A stretch of 64,000 nucleotides of DNA from assembly GCA_041611735.1 (NCBI GenBank), contig JBFIML010000006.1, positions 1-64,000 on the forward strand. Direction: 5' to 3'. Position numbers and translations under genes: made by a program. This document shows, one piece after another, positions 37,941 through 47,893 of this stretch. The DNA is from Myxococcota bacterium. GTDB taxonomy: Bacteria; Myxococcota_A; UBA9160; PR03. Each line of letters begins with the position of its first letter. Position 1 is the first letter of the stretch. The notes beneath the pieces are model-generated. The model ran no database searches. It had not been told where the DNA came from and worked only from the letters and a program-made list of their open reading frames with translations.

Positions 37941-38885
37941 TCACGGCCCCGGCGTGGCCGGCGCCACGACGAACGGCTCGAAGAGCGTGGGGCGGTGCAG
38001 GCGGACCGGGAGCCCGAGCTGCTCCGCTGCCTCGCGGACCTCGGCCTCGAAGGCCGCGACCTCCTCCGCGTCGGAAGCTTCCCCGGCGCGCGGGTCCTCG
38101 AGGCTTCGGAAGAAGGAATCGAAGTGGTGCGGCACGACGAGGCGGGGCTGCAGCACTTCGACCAGGGTGCGGGCGAAGTCGGCTTCGCGCCCCTGGATGG
38201 CGGTCAGCACCGCGTCCACGCCGGGCTGGATCTGCTCCAGGGCAGGGCGGTGCAGGCCGGCGCTGCTCAGCAGGACGAGACGCACTCCCGTGGGCTCGTG
38301 CCGCACCCGGTAGGCGCGTGCGTCGCCCAGCACGAAGGAGAAGGCGTGCAGCGGGGCGTCCGGCGGCGTTTCGAGCCTGCCCGGAAACGGAACCCGGCCG
38401 AACAGGACGCGTGCATGACGACTCTCCACCGCCCGGATCCGGAAGGCGCCCTCGCCCACTTCCTCCCCGGGCGCCACGACCATGGTCTGAGCCGACGGGA
38501 GTCCGTAGCCCACGGCGATGGCTGCGCTGGTGGCGGACCCGACCAGCCTGGCCCCGATGCGCGTGGCGATCCAGGGCGCGTCGCCCAGGTGGTCGTAGTG
38601 GCTGTGTCCGATCAAGACGAGTCGGGCCGCCGCCGCCTCGGGCGCGGGGCCGTCGGCGGCCAGCAAGCGGGCGAGCACCTGCTCGTCGGGGCGGAAGCGG
38701 CGCAGGAGTGTGCGCAGTACGCCGGGCCGGCTGAGGAAGGGATCGTGGAGCAGGACCGTTTGCCCGTCGGAGATGGAGAAGCCGGCCACACCGAGCCAGC
38801 GCAACCCGAGGGAGCCGGACTCGGCGCGGACCGGAGCGGGCAGGAGCACGATGCTGGTCAGGAAGGCGGCGAGTAGCGGCCTCAT
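37941..38885 (-). CDS. Exported MBL-fold metallo-hydrolase (UlaG-like)
   Basis: LRWLGVAGF, GHSHYDHLGD, VPHHFD; signal peptide. Confidence 0.88.
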   Translation of the reverse strand: MRPLLAAFLTSIVLLPAPVRAESGSLGLRWLGVAGFSISDGQTVLLHDPFLSRPGVLRTLLRRFRPDEQVLARLLAADGPAPEAAAARLVLIGHSHYDHLGDAPWIATRIGARLVGSATSAAIAVGYGLPSAQTMVVAPGEEVGEGAFRIRAVESRHARVLFGRVPFPGRLETPPDAPLHAFSFVLGDARAYRVRHEPTGVRLVLLSSAGLHRPALEQIQPGVDAVLTAIQGREADFARTLVEVLQPRLVVPHHFDSFFRSLEDPRAGEASDAEEVAAFEAEVREAAEQLGLPVRLHRPTLFEPFVVAPATPGP

Positions 38886-39016
38886 GACACGATCATGCAG
38901 AAGGAGCGCTGCTGCCACCAGGCGCATCCGGCTCGCAGGTGCACCGGTCCGAGAAGGCGCTACTCTCCCGCGCTGATTGATCCTTGAGAAGACGGCGCGC
39001 CGTCGGGGGGGTCGTG

Positions 39017-39523
39017 GTGAGCGCGAGACCGTTCCTGATTCTGCTGGTTTCGGGCCTGCTCCTGCTTTCCGGTTCGGCGCAGGGAGAGGAGGAGAAGCCC
39101 GTGGTCATCGAGGACGGACGCAAGGTCTCGCTCGAATACACCCTGAAGCTGGAAGATGGCAGCACCGCCGATACCAACGTGGGTGGCGAGCCCCTGGTCT
39201 ATCAGCAGGGAAGCGGACAGATCCTGCCTGCGCTCGAGCAGGAGCTGCGGGGTCTAAAGACCGACGACCACAAGAAGGTGACCCTGAGCGCCGAACAGGG
39301 CTACGGCGTCGTCAATCCAGAGGCGGTCGTCAAGGTTCCGGTCGACGACATCCCGGACGGCGCTCGCGAGGTGGGAGCGCGGCTGGTGGCCGAGGGGCCC
39401 GAGGGCAGTCAGCGCCTGGTGCGGGTCCGCGAGGTGCACGATACGGAGATCGTGCTCGACCTCAATCACCCGCTGGCGGGCCAGAAGCTCCACTTCGACG
39501 TGCGCGTCCTCGGGGTCGAGTAG
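39017..39523 (+). CDS. FKBP-type peptidyl-prolyl isomerase, SlyD/FkpB-like, with signal peptide
   Basis: VSLEYTL, GQILPALE, EQGYG, DLNHPLAGQKLHFDV. Confidence 0.92.
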   Translation: MSARPFLILLVSGLLLLSGSAQGEEEKPVVIEDGRKVSLEYTLKLEDGSTADTNVGGEPLVYQQGSGQILPALEQELRGLKTDDHKKVTLSAEQGYGVVNPEAVVKVPVDDIPDGAREVGARLVAEGPEGSQRLVRVREVHDTEIVLDLNHPLAGQKLHFDVRVLGVE

Positions 39524-42149
39524 CGGACGCCGCCGCCCCGGCTGCGTCGAGGGCCTCGCGAACCGCCCGGGCCAGGGCGTCGGGCTGGAACGGCTTGGCC
39601 AGCAGTCTCACGCCCCGCGGGCTCCGCACACGTCTGGGATCCAGGCGTGCGCTCATCAGCACCACGGGCAGCCCGGGTCGCAGGTGCCGCAAGGACGCGA
39701 TGGCGTCCAGGCCGTCGCGGCGGGGCATGCTGAGGTCGAGCAGCGCCAGCGCCACCTCGTTCGGATGCCGGGCCAGGGTCTCGACGGCGGCCTCCCCGTC
39801 GCCGGCCTCGACGACCCGGTAGCCGTAGCGCTCGAGGGTGCGGCGGGCCAGACGCCGGACCGAGGGCTCGTCCTCGGCCAGCAGGATCTTCTCGCCCGAA
39901 CCGGACGGGACGTGGACCGGCAGCTTCGACGCCTGGGGCGCCACTTTCCCCTGCGCCGCCGGCCAGAGCAGGCGCACCGCCGTACCCCGTCCGGGCTCGC
40001 TCTCCACCTCGATCGAGGCGCCGTGGGCCTCGACGACGCCGTACACGATGGCCAGACCGAGCCCCGTTCCCTCCCCCACGGCCTTGGTGGTGAAGAACGG
40101 GTCGAAGAGGTGCTCGCGGGTGCGGGCGTCCATCCCCGCGCCGTCGTCACGAACCGTGAGCGCGACGCGGCCCTCGCCGCTCGTCGCCGCGGGAGCGTTC
40201 TCGGCTTCGAGCACGATGGTGCCCGTTCCCCGCAAGGCGTCGCGGGCGTTCACGGCCAGGTTGATCAGGGCGCGGCGGAGCTGCGAGGGGTCCGCCAGGA
40301 CCGGCCAGGGACGCGGACCCAAACGGATCTCGAGGCGAACCCTCGGCTCGAGGGTGGGACGCAGGACCGTCTCCACCTCGCGCAGGGATTTCTCCACGTC
40401 CACGGCTCGGGGCTCACTGGGGTTGCGTCGGGCGAAGGTGAGCAGCCCCCGCGTGAGCTCCGCGCAGTGCTCGGCCGCCTGCTCCAGATCGGCGAGAGGG
40501 AGCCGCTTCGGATCGTCGGGATCCAGTCCCTCCAGCACCAGTCGGGCGTTGCCGAGGATCGCCGTGAGCTGATTGTTGAAGTCGTGAGCCACGCCGCCCG
40601 CCAGGGTACCCAGGGTCTCCATGCGCTGGGTTTGACGCAGCCGCTCGTCGCGGTGCCGCTCCTCCGTCACGTCCCGAGACATCCAGAGCTCGCCGATCGC
40701 ATCCCCGTCCTCGTCGAGCACGGGATGCGACGAGACCAGCAGCGTGTGCCCTTCGACGCGCACCTCGAAGCCTGCGATGGGAAGCTGCCGCTGCGCCGGG
40801 TCGCGATGGCGGGTGCGATCGAGGAGCTCACGGGCGTCCTCGAGGCGCGCCGCCGCCAGTTCCCGGATCTCCCGGGCCGGGCGACCGACGAGCTTCTCGG
40901 GCGGACCGAGCCCCCACTGCTCGGCGCCCATGCGGTTCTGCATCCGGACGCACCGTTCGCGGTCGATGAGCAGGATCCCGGCGGGGACGCTCTCCAGCAG
41001 TGCCCGCAGCGTCCGCTCCTCCGCGGCCAGCGCGCGTGCCTGCTCGTCGCGCTCCGCGACGGAGCGCACGTGCACGATGGCCAAAGCGATTTCATCGCCG
41101 AGCGCAGCAAGGAAGCGCTTCTCTTCCTGGAGGAACGCGCCCGGTCGGCGGATCCCCGCAGCCAGGAGCCCCAGCGTGCGGCCGCGCCAACGCAGAGGGA
41201 CCAGCGCCATGCCCCGCAGGCCGCTGTGTCGCACCCAATCGTTCACCACACGCGCGTCGGTCTTGAGGTCGTCGACGATCACCGGCTCCAGTGCATTCAG
41301 CGCCTCCTGGCACAGGGGAAGATCCGCGGGCATGCGCTGGATCGGACCGAGCAGGTGGGGCAGGTCGGTCGCCCGGGCCGCGCTCTCGAGGAAGCGGCCG
41401 TCTTCGGAGAGGAGCCACACGCCGTGGAGGTCGAGGCCGCCGCGCTTGCGCAGACCCTCCACGGCAGCCTGGATCAGCCCGGGGACCTCCTGCTGGGTGG
41501 CCGCGGCTCGGATCACGCCGCGCAGCAGGTCGCCCTCCCGGCGCACGCGTGCCTCGCGCTCCCGGGACTGCTCCACGAAGACCAGGATCTGGGCCAGGCC
41601 CAGGCCGAGGGACAACGTGCCCCAGACGACGAGGAGCGGAAGCGTGGCCAGGCCGAGCTGGCGCAGCGAGGGCTCCAGCAGATCGAGCCCGACGACCAGG
41701 GCGAGGCCGACGGCGACGACTCGCTCGGGAGCGATCCCCGAGCGCCCGCCGGCAGCGCGCCACATCACCCCGGCGGCGGCGGCCAGGAGCCCGACCTCCA
41801 GGTAGTGGACGCTCCAGGCGGCGGTCGCTGAGCCCACGGTGCCCAGCGCGCCGCTCAGCGCCCCGCTGCCGAGGCCCGCCAGCACCGGCCAGCGCGGGAC
41901 GCGGCCCCGGCGTCGGTACACCAGCGCACCGGAAAGCTGGAACCCCGAGAAGAGGCCGCTCAGGACGTTCGCCAGCGGGAGGATGGCGACGGGCGCCGCG
42001 ACCCAGGCCGTGACGAGTCCCGCCCCGTAGAGGGCGAGCCAGGCCAGGCCCCAGCAGGTGGCGGCGCCGAGCTCGCTCACCCGGCGCAGGTAGAGCAGGC
42101 CAACCACCACCAGGATGCCCAGCGGCGCGACGAAGACGACCTCGTTCAA
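39462..42149 (-). CDS. Membrane hybrid sensor histidine kinase (TM-GAF-PAS-HisKA-HATPase-REC)
   Basis: ~7 TM, GAF VPLRWRG..LG, LAGGVAHDFNN, NLAVNARDA, PFFTTKAVGEGTGLGL, LLDLSMP. Confidence 0.93.
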   Translation of the reverse strand: MNEVVFVAPLGILVVVGLLYLRRVSELGAATCWGLAWLALYGAGLVTAWVAAPVAILPLANVLSGLFSGFQLSGALVYRRRGRVPRWPVLAGLGSGALSGALGTVGSATAAWSVHYLEVGLLAAAAGVMWRAAGGRSGIAPERVVAVGLALVVGLDLLEPSLRQLGLATLPLLVVWGTLSLGLGLAQILVFVEQSREREARVRREGDLLRGVIRAAATQQEVPGLIQAAVEGLRKRGGLDLHGVWLLSEDGRFLESAARATDLPHLLGPIQRMPADLPLCQEALNALEPVIVDDLKTDARVVNDWVRHSGLRGMALVPLRWRGRTLGLLAAGIRRPGAFLQEEKRFLAALGDEIALAIVHVRSVAERDEQARALAAEERTLRALLESVPAGILLIDRERCVRMQNRMGAEQWGLGPPEKLVGRPAREIRELAAARLEDARELLDRTRHRDPAQRQLPIAGFEVRVEGHTLLVSSHPVLDEDGDAIGELWMSRDVTEERHRDERLRQTQRMETLGTLAGGVAHDFNNQLTAILGNARLVLEGLDPDDPKRLPLADLEQAAEHCAELTRGLLTFARRNPSEPRAVDVEKSLREVETVLRPTLEPRVRLEIRLGPRPWPVLADPSQLRRALINLAVNARDALRGTGTIVLEAENAPAATSGEGRVALTVRDDGAGMDARTREHLFDPFFTTKAVGEGTGLGLAIVYGVVEAHGASIEVESEPGRGTAVRLLWPAAQGKVAPQASKLPVHVPSGSGEKILLAEDEPSVRRLARRTLERYGYRVVEAGDGEAAVETLARHPNEVALALLDLSMPRRDGLDAIASLRHLRPGLPVVLMSARLDPRRVRSPRGVRLLAKPFQPDALARAVREALDAAGAAASATRPRGRARRSGASGPPAGD

Positions 42150-42264
42150 GGGGAACCCCCACGTCGCAAGCCAACGCTCGCTGCACTCGGGGGGACGACC
42201 AGCATAGCAGGCGCGGCGCCGGGCAGCCGGAGCCCGGCGCTTCCGTCTGGGATACGATCGCTCC

Positions 42265-43278
42265 GTGCAGCGAGCGGCTGGACTCGAGGACGCATCGATC
42301 CATCTGGGAACCACGCCCTGGCTTTCCGACGGCGACCCGGGCGCCGAGGCGCTGGCGCGGCAGGCCCGGCATGCCGAGGCCCTGGGCTTCCAGTCCTTCT
42401 GGCTCCCCGAGCACCACTTCGCCGAGCGCGGCGCCGTGCCGGCGCCGCTGCTCCTGCTGGCGGCGGTGGCGGCGCGCACGCGCACCCTCGGCCTCGGCAC
42501 CACGTCGTACCTGCTTCCGGTGCGGCATCCGCTCCAGGTGGCCGAGGAGGTGGCGGTGCTCGACCGCCTGTCCGGGGGTCGCGTGATCCTGGGCGTGGGG
42601 CGTGGCTTCCGGAGCGCCGTCTTCCTGGCCTTTGGCGTGCCGGCCGAGGAGAAGCGCGACCGCTTCGAGGCGGCCGTGGCGTTGATGCGTGACGCCTGGA
42701 GCGGGAAGCCCGTGGCCTGGGACGGCGGGGGCGCTGCCGCCGCGACGCCGGTCCGTCTGGCGCCGCTACCCGTGCAGACGCCCCACCCGCCGCTCTGGGT
42801 GGCGGCCTTCGGCCCGAAGGGCGTGGCCCAGGCGGCGCGGTTGGGCCTGCCCTACCTGGCCTCGCCCCTGGAGCCCCTCGACGCTCTCGAGGCCAACGTC
42901 CGCCGGCACCGGGCGGCGCTTCCCGAAGCGGCGCGTGCTGCCGGACTGGCGGTTCCGGTCATGCGCACCGTGTTCGTGAGCGAGGATGCGGGCGTGCTCG
43001 CCCGGGCGCGGGAGGGCCTGGCGCGCCAGGCGCGGGCCCTGACGCACGCGCCGGTGGCCGCCATCCGCCGCGCGGCGCAGGCTCCCCTCGACGAACATGC
43101 CCTGGTGGGCCCGCCGGAGGCGGTGGCCGAGAGCGTCGCGCGCTATCGCCAGCGCCTCGGCATGACGCACCTGATCGTGCGCGCCGCCGTTCCGGGCATC
43201 GCCCCGGAGCAGGCCGAGGCCTCCCTCGCGCTGCTGGCCGAGCGGGTCGTCCGCCCGGCCTCGTCGACGCCGCGCTAG
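42265..43278 (+). CDS. LLM-class flavin-dependent oxidoreductase
   Basis: FWLPEHHF, AEEVAVLDRLSGGRVILGVGRG, PVQTPHPPLW. Confidence 0.92.
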   Translation: MQRAAGLEDASIHLGTTPWLSDGDPGAEALARQARHAEALGFQSFWLPEHHFAERGAVPAPLLLLAAVAARTRTLGLGTTSYLLPVRHPLQVAEEVAVLDRLSGGRVILGVGRGFRSAVFLAFGVPAEEKRDRFEAAVALMRDAWSGKPVAWDGGGAAAATPVRLAPLPVQTPHPPLWVAAFGPKGVAQAARLGLPYLASPLEPLDALEANVRRHRAALPEAARAAGLAVPVMRTVFVSEDAGVLARAREGLARQARALTHAPVAAIRRAAQAPLDEHALVGPPEAVAESVARYRQRLGMTHLIVRAAVPGIAPEQAEASLALLAERVVRPASSTPR

Positions 43279-44069
43279 TGGCTGCGACCCGAGCGGTGCC
43301 CCAGGGCGAACAGGCCCGACAGCCCCGTTCCCAGCAGCAGCAGCGTCCCCGGCTCGGGCACGGTTTGGACGTCCACGTCGACGTCCTGCTTCCCGATGAA
43401 GGCCGCCGTGCCCGCCTCGCTGGTGGCCGCCAGCATGTTGTTCAGGGTGAGCGCCACCTTCGTGGCCCGGCCCGTGATGGCCTGGGACCGGAGCAGCGCC
43501 GTCACGTCGATCACGAGCTCCCCGTTCCAGATCCTGGCCAGGGCGGAGCCGTCGTTGGCCAGATCGAAGTCGCCGTTGGAGGGCGCGAAGACGAGGTTCG
43601 CGTTCAGGTTGATGGGCGTGATCGGGACCCCATCCACCTCGAGCACGTCCAGGTACGCCGCCGCGGCCACCGCCGCCAGCGTCCCGGCCCCTCCGCTTCC
43701 GATCAGCGAATAGTCGCCAGCCTCGCGCAACACGATGCGGGTGATGAACGCACCGCAGCTGGCCTCGATCCCCATGGTGAGGCTGCCCTGGGTGAGGTCG
43801 ATCCCCGCCGCGCCAGTGGCGGAGGCGCCGAAGGAGACGTTGCTGAAGTCCAGGGAGTTTCCGGCGACGCTGGGGGCTCCGTACAGGGCCGGCGGGAGCG
43901 GGTCGGTGGTGGAATCCTCGGTCACGTTGCGGAACGTGACCGTTGCGGCCGAGAAGTCTCCGTAGCCCATGGGCACGGCGCTGGCCGTCCCGGCCGCTCC
44001 CAGCCAGAGCGAAGCGGCGAGCATCCAGATCGGCCAGGCGCGTGCAGCGGTTTTCTGGTGAAGCAACAT
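43275..44069 (-). CDS. PEP-CTERM sorting domain protein
   Basis: Signal peptide; C-terminal VPEPGTLLLLGTGL + TM + basic tail; GAGGGAGAGG SD. Confidence 0.92.
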   Translation of the reverse strand: MLLHQKTAARAWPIWMLAASLWLGAAGTASAVPMGYGDFSAATVTFRNVTEDSTTDPLPPALYGAPSVAGNSLDFSNVSFGASATGAAGIDLTQGSLTMGIEASCGAFITRIVLREAGDYSLIGSGGAGTLAAVAAAAYLDVLEVDGVPITPINLNANLVFAPSNGDFDLANDGSALARIWNGELVIDVTALLRSQAITGRATKVALTLNNMLAATSEAGTAAFIGKQDVDVDVQTVPEPGTLLLLGTGLSGLFALGHRSGRSH

Positions 44070-44238
44070 GAACCTCTCCCTCGGTGTTTTCCGTCCTGAT
44101 GCCTCCTTTCGTCCGGGAACGGTCCCGAGAGCGTGACGGGGCTAACGGCAACTCCGACGGGGAGCTGACCGCCTTGCACCTGGCCTGCACGGGAGTTGCG
44201 CCAGGCCGGCAGCCGAGCGGGCAGGGAAGGGGCGGGGG

Positions 44239-44691
44239 TCAGCCCGCGGCGAGCCGCTCCGCGGCCAGGCGGCGGGCCAGCTTCCCGTCCAGCTCGCCCC
44301 GGTGCGCGGTCATGAGGGCACCCATGACCTTGCCGAGGTCCCGAGGGCCCGAGGCGCCGCTCGCCTGGATGGCCTCCTCGACCCAGGCGCGGGTCTGGGC
44401 CTCGTCGGCGAGCCGAGGAAGGAACTCGTGGATCACGGCGAGCTCCGCGCGCTCCGCCTCGGCGAGCTCCTTGCGACCGCCTTGCTCGTAAGCCTCGATG
44501 CTCTCCCGGCGCTGCTTCTCGAGGCGGCGCAGGAGGGTCTCACAGACTTCGTCCGGGAGCGTGTCGGCGCCGTTCTTCTTCATCTCGTTGAGGAAGGCGG
44601 CGCGGATGTTGCGCAGGGCGGTGAGGCGTGCCTGGTTCCGGGCGCGCAGGGCGTCCTTGATCTGGCTGCTGACCTTCTCCACCAGCGACAC
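44239..44691 (-). CDS. GatB/YqeY domain protein
   Basis: KQRRESIEAYEQGGR, E.AVIHEFLP, DLGKVMG; GGAGGA SD before GTG. Confidence 0.92.
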   Translation of the reverse strand: MSLVEKVSSQIKDALRARNQARLTALRNIRAAFLNEMKKNGADTLPDEVCETLLRRLEKQRRESIEAYEQGGRKELAEAERAELAVIHEFLPRLADEAQTRAWVEEAIQASGASGPRDLGKVMGALMTAHRGELDGKLARRLAAERLAAG

Positions 44692-44726
44692 GGCACATCC
44701 TCCCCCCCGCGACGCGTGTGGCCGCC

Positions 44727-45086
44727 TCAGGAGCGGGCGAGGCCGAAGAGCGCCAGCCAGCCCCCGATCAGGCACAGGCCGCCGAGCGGCGTCACGGGTC
44801 CCAGCCAGCGCGGCCCTTCCAGCAGGAGCAGGTAGATCGAGCCGCAGAAGAGCGCAATCCCCGCGGTCCACAAGCCAGCCGGTAGCGTCACGCTACGGGC
44901 CGCGTGGCTCGCCCACAGGCCGAGGGCGAGGAGCGCCACGCTGTGGAAAAGCTGATAGTGGACGGCCGTGCTCCAGCTGGCGAGCTGCTCCGGACCGAGG
45001 CGCGCACGCAGGCCGTGTGCGCCGAAGGCGCCGAGCAGGACGCCTGCCGCGCCGAGCCCCGCCGCCACCCGGACCCAGCGGCTCAC
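44727..45086 (-). CDS. DUF423 (YgdD) family membrane protein
   Basis: LGAFGAHGL, TAVHYQLFH, GPVTPLGG. Confidence 0.92.
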   Translation of the reverse strand: MSRWVRVAAGLGAAGVLLGAFGAHGLRARLGPEQLASWSTAVHYQLFHSVALLALGLWASHAARSVTLPAGLWTAGIALFCGSIYLLLLEGPRWLGPVTPLGGLCLIGGWLALFGLARS

Positions 45087-45273
45087 TGGAGGCCTCGCGC
45101 CCGCTCCGGCCGCAGCGGCACCACCGCGCCGGCCCGGGGACGGGGCGCGGCGACGTCGGGCTCGTCCGGCGGCCGCAAGATCGTGCCCGCGTGAAACACG
45201 GAGTTCCGAGCCTAGCGGATCCTGGTAGGATTCCGGCGGCCCCCGGGGCCGGGAAGGAGGCAGGGCAGGGAGC

Positions 45274-45825
45274 ATGGGCGCAGGGAAGGCCTTCTCGGTC
45301 GGGATCGTGGTCGCTTCGCTCCTGGGGGTCGGCTTGGTGGACTGGGCGACGGGCGAGAACCTCGGCTTCTTCGTCTTCTACTTCGCGCCGGTCGCCATCG
45401 CCGCCTGGCTGCTGGGTGGGTTCGGAGGCGTCACGGTCGCCCTGGGCGCAGCGTTCCTCTGGCTGGGGATCGAGTCCGTAGAGCGGGATCTCGCTCCGAC
45501 TCGCTTCCATCTGTACTGGAACGGGAGCATCCGCCTGGCCTCGTTCCTCATCATCGCGTTGGCCGTCGCGCGCCTCCACACCCTGCTCATGCGCGAGCGC
45601 GAGCTCAACACCGAGCTCGCCGAGGCGATGGCGAAGGTCAAGCAGCTCCACGGCCTGCTTCCGATCTGCGCGACGTGCAAGAAGGTCCGCAACGACCAGG
45701 GCTACTGGGAGCAGATCGAGCTCTACATCGAGAGCCATTCGCACGCTGCGTTCAGCCACGGCATCTGCCCGGAATGCCTGAAGCAGCTCTACGCCGAGAT
45801 CGACCGCCAGGAGCGCCCGGGCTGA
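45274..45825 (+). CDS. 4-TM (DUF4118-like) sensor with C-terminal Cys-rich domain
   Basis: Four TM helices, coiled linker, LLPICATCKKVR..GYW...FSHGICPEC. Confidence 0.8.
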   Translation: MGAGKAFSVGIVVASLLGVGLVDWATGENLGFFVFYFAPVAIAAWLLGGFGGVTVALGAAFLWLGIESVERDLAPTRFHLYWNGSIRLASFLIIALAVARLHTLLMRERELNTELAEAMAKVKQLHGLLPICATCKKVRNDQGYWEQIELYIESHSHAAFSHGICPECLKQLYAEIDRQERPG

Positions 45826-45839
45826 CGGCTGGTCCCCAG

Positions 45840-47201
45840 TCAAGGACCCATCTGGTCACTTCTTCCGCCGCGGGGTCCCTTCGCCAGGCGCCGGCGGATC
45901 TCCAGCTCCAGGCGCCACAGACGGTCCTGGCCCCAGGTGGTCCAGTCCGGCTCGCCCGCTCGGCCCCGGAGCCGGAAGCTCGGCACGCCCCACAGCCCCA
46001 GGGCCAGGAGCGCCTCGCGGTTGACCTCGAGCTCGTCCCGCCAGCCGCCCTCCCGGCCCAGCCGGGTCCGGGCCTGGCTCCAGGGCAGACCGGCACCCTC
46101 CACCACACGGCGCAGGCCCGCATCCGTTCCCGCGTCGATCCCCTGGGCGAAGGCCGCGCGGGCGAAGCTGTGCAGGAGCTGCGCGGCCCGGCCCCGTTGG
46201 CGGGCCCACGGGAAGAGCGCGAGGCCCCGCTCCACGGGCCGACCCAGCGGGTCGCACACCCTCCCGAACGGCACGCCGGCCGCCTCGGCCTCGCGCTGGG
46301 TGTCGAGCACGATGTAGAGGCGCTTCTCCCGCGGCACCGGGAGCCCCCGCATCACCATGGGGAGCACCGGCCGCAGCACGAGATCCACCGGCAGGCGCCC
46401 CGGCAGCCGGAAGAGCCGCTCCATGGCCACGTAGCTGTAGGGACTGCGCAGCGAGAGGTAGGCCTCGAGGGTGAGGCGACCGGCTTGCGGGGCGATCGCG
46501 CCGTCACCGGAGAGCGGTGGCGTCACCAGGGGCGCGGCCTGCGCGCCGGGGCGGCGGACTCCCAGGGCGTCCAGGCGCCGCTCCAGGTAGTGGAGCCGGT
46601 CCACGCCCCAGTACCACTCGCCGCCATAGTGGAACATGGCGCCTAGGTAGTGGCCGAGGCGTCGCCGCCGCGCCTCGCCTTCGCTCAGCGCGCCCGCCGT
46701 CGCGGTCGCATCGGCGGGCGCGCATGCCCGGGCCAGGCCTTCCAGGGCCACCCCGTCGTCCGCCCAGAGCGCTTCGCCCACCCGGGGCGCCAGGGCCGCG
46801 AACGCGGCGCCCTCCCGGGCAGCGGCCAGCATCTGCGTGGCCCGCATCGACAGCTCTCGCGGGGGCTGCCGCCCGGGATCCCGGAACCGCAGCCCCAGAA
46901 AGGGCGCGACGTCCGCGGCGTCCCGCCGCGACCAGGCCACGAGCCGTTCCCGCTCCGGGGCCGCCGCGTCCGGCGGTGGACCCACTAGCAGCGGCACGAG
47001 CTCGACGTCGTACTTCGCCTGCAAGCGCTCCAGCACCTGGGCGGCCAGCTGGCTGTAGGGATCGTCCACCTGGTGGAAGTAGAGGATCCGGTGTGGGGCG
47101 CGCCCCAGGCGCCGGCGGCCCTCGACGAGCCAGCGGCGGGCGGCCCGCGTGCGCGGGCTCGTCAGGGCGGCGACCAGAACGGGAGCGACGCGGCGTGTCA
47201 C
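45840..47201 (-). CDS. Tandem DsbA/2-hydroxychromene-2-carboxylate isomerase (kappa GST) family protein
   Basis: FHQVDDPYS...YWGVDRL and LSLRSPYS...GVPSF..WGQDRL. Confidence 0.85.
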   Translation of the reverse strand: MTRRVAPVLVAALTSPRTRAARRWLVEGRRRLGRAPHRILYFHQVDDPYSQLAAQVLERLQAKYDVELVPLLVGPPPDAAAPERERLVAWSRRDAADVAPFLGLRFRDPGRQPPRELSMRATQMLAAAREGAAFAALAPRVGEALWADDGVALEGLARACAPADATATAGALSEGEARRRRLGHYLGAMFHYGGEWYWGVDRLHYLERRLDALGVRRPGAQAAPLVTPPLSGDGAIAPQAGRLTLEAYLSLRSPYSYVAMERLFRLPGRLPVDLVLRPVLPMVMRGLPVPREKRLYIVLDTQREAEAAGVPFGRVCDPLGRPVERGLALFPWARQRGRAAQLLHSFARAAFAQGIDAGTDAGLRRVVEGAGLPWSQARTRLGREGGWRDELEVNREALLALGLWGVPSFRLRGRAGEPDWTTWGQDRLWRLELEIRRRLAKGPRGGRSDQMGP

Positions 47202-47329
47202 GGTCAGGGGTGGATCCTCCAGCCGTCGGCCGTCCTTGAACCTACCACCGAGGCGGTCTACACAGGACGCGGAGTCGCTGGCCGGGATGACGTCCGGACG
47301 CCGGGGGGCTCGTAGCCGGATCCCATGTC

Positions 47330-47893
47330 ATGACGGGCCGTGTCGTCCGTGGCCGGCGGCTGCGCCGCCTCGCGCGCTGGATCCTGCGGCTGCGCGGCTC
47401 GCCGGAGGCCGTCGGTCTCGGTGTCGCAATCGGCACCTTCGTCGCCTTCACCCCCACCATCGGCTTCCAGATGCTGCTGGCCGCCCTCCTCGCCACCCTC
47501 CTGAATGCGAACCGGCCCGCGGCCCTCGTCCCGGTCTGGATCACGAACCCGCTGACCATTCCGCCGATCTACGGGTTCACCTACTGGGTGGGGAGCTGGT
47601 TTCGGGCCGGCCCGTCGCCGGAGCGGGTGCGGGAGGTGCTGGAGGGTCTCGTGAGCCGCCTGGGGCAGCACGACGCCTGGTCCGCCCGCGAGCCGCTGAG
47701 CGCGGTGCTGGCCCTGAGCCGGGACGTCCTCGTGCCGCTCTGGATCGGCGGCCTGCTGGTGGGCGTCGGGGCCGGAGCCCTGGCCTATCTTCCCGCCGCC
47801 GAGGCGGTTCGGCGCATCCGCCAGCTCCGCCAGCGGCGCCGGCAGGCACGGCGCCGCCGAGCGGCTGGCGCCCGGGAGCAGCAGTCCTCGTGA
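47330..47893 (+). CDS. DUF2062 family membrane protein
   Basis: SPEAVGLGVAIG.F.AFTP, VWITNPLTIPP. Confidence 0.88.
   Translation: MTGRVVRGRRLRRLARWILRLRGSPEAVGLGVAIGTFVAFTPTIGFQMLLAALLATLLNANRPAALVPVWITNPLTIPPIYGFTYWVGSWFRAGPSPERVREVLEGLVSRLGQHDAWSAREPLSAVLALSRDVLVPLWIGGLLVGVGAGALAYLPAAEAVRRIRQLRQRRRQARRRRAAGAREQQSS

Noticed and set aside
44185..44202. Sigma54-like CTGCACGGGAGTTGC upstream of the PEP-CTERM gene
   Set aside because: Lacks the invariant GG at -24 and lies on the strand opposite to the gene.
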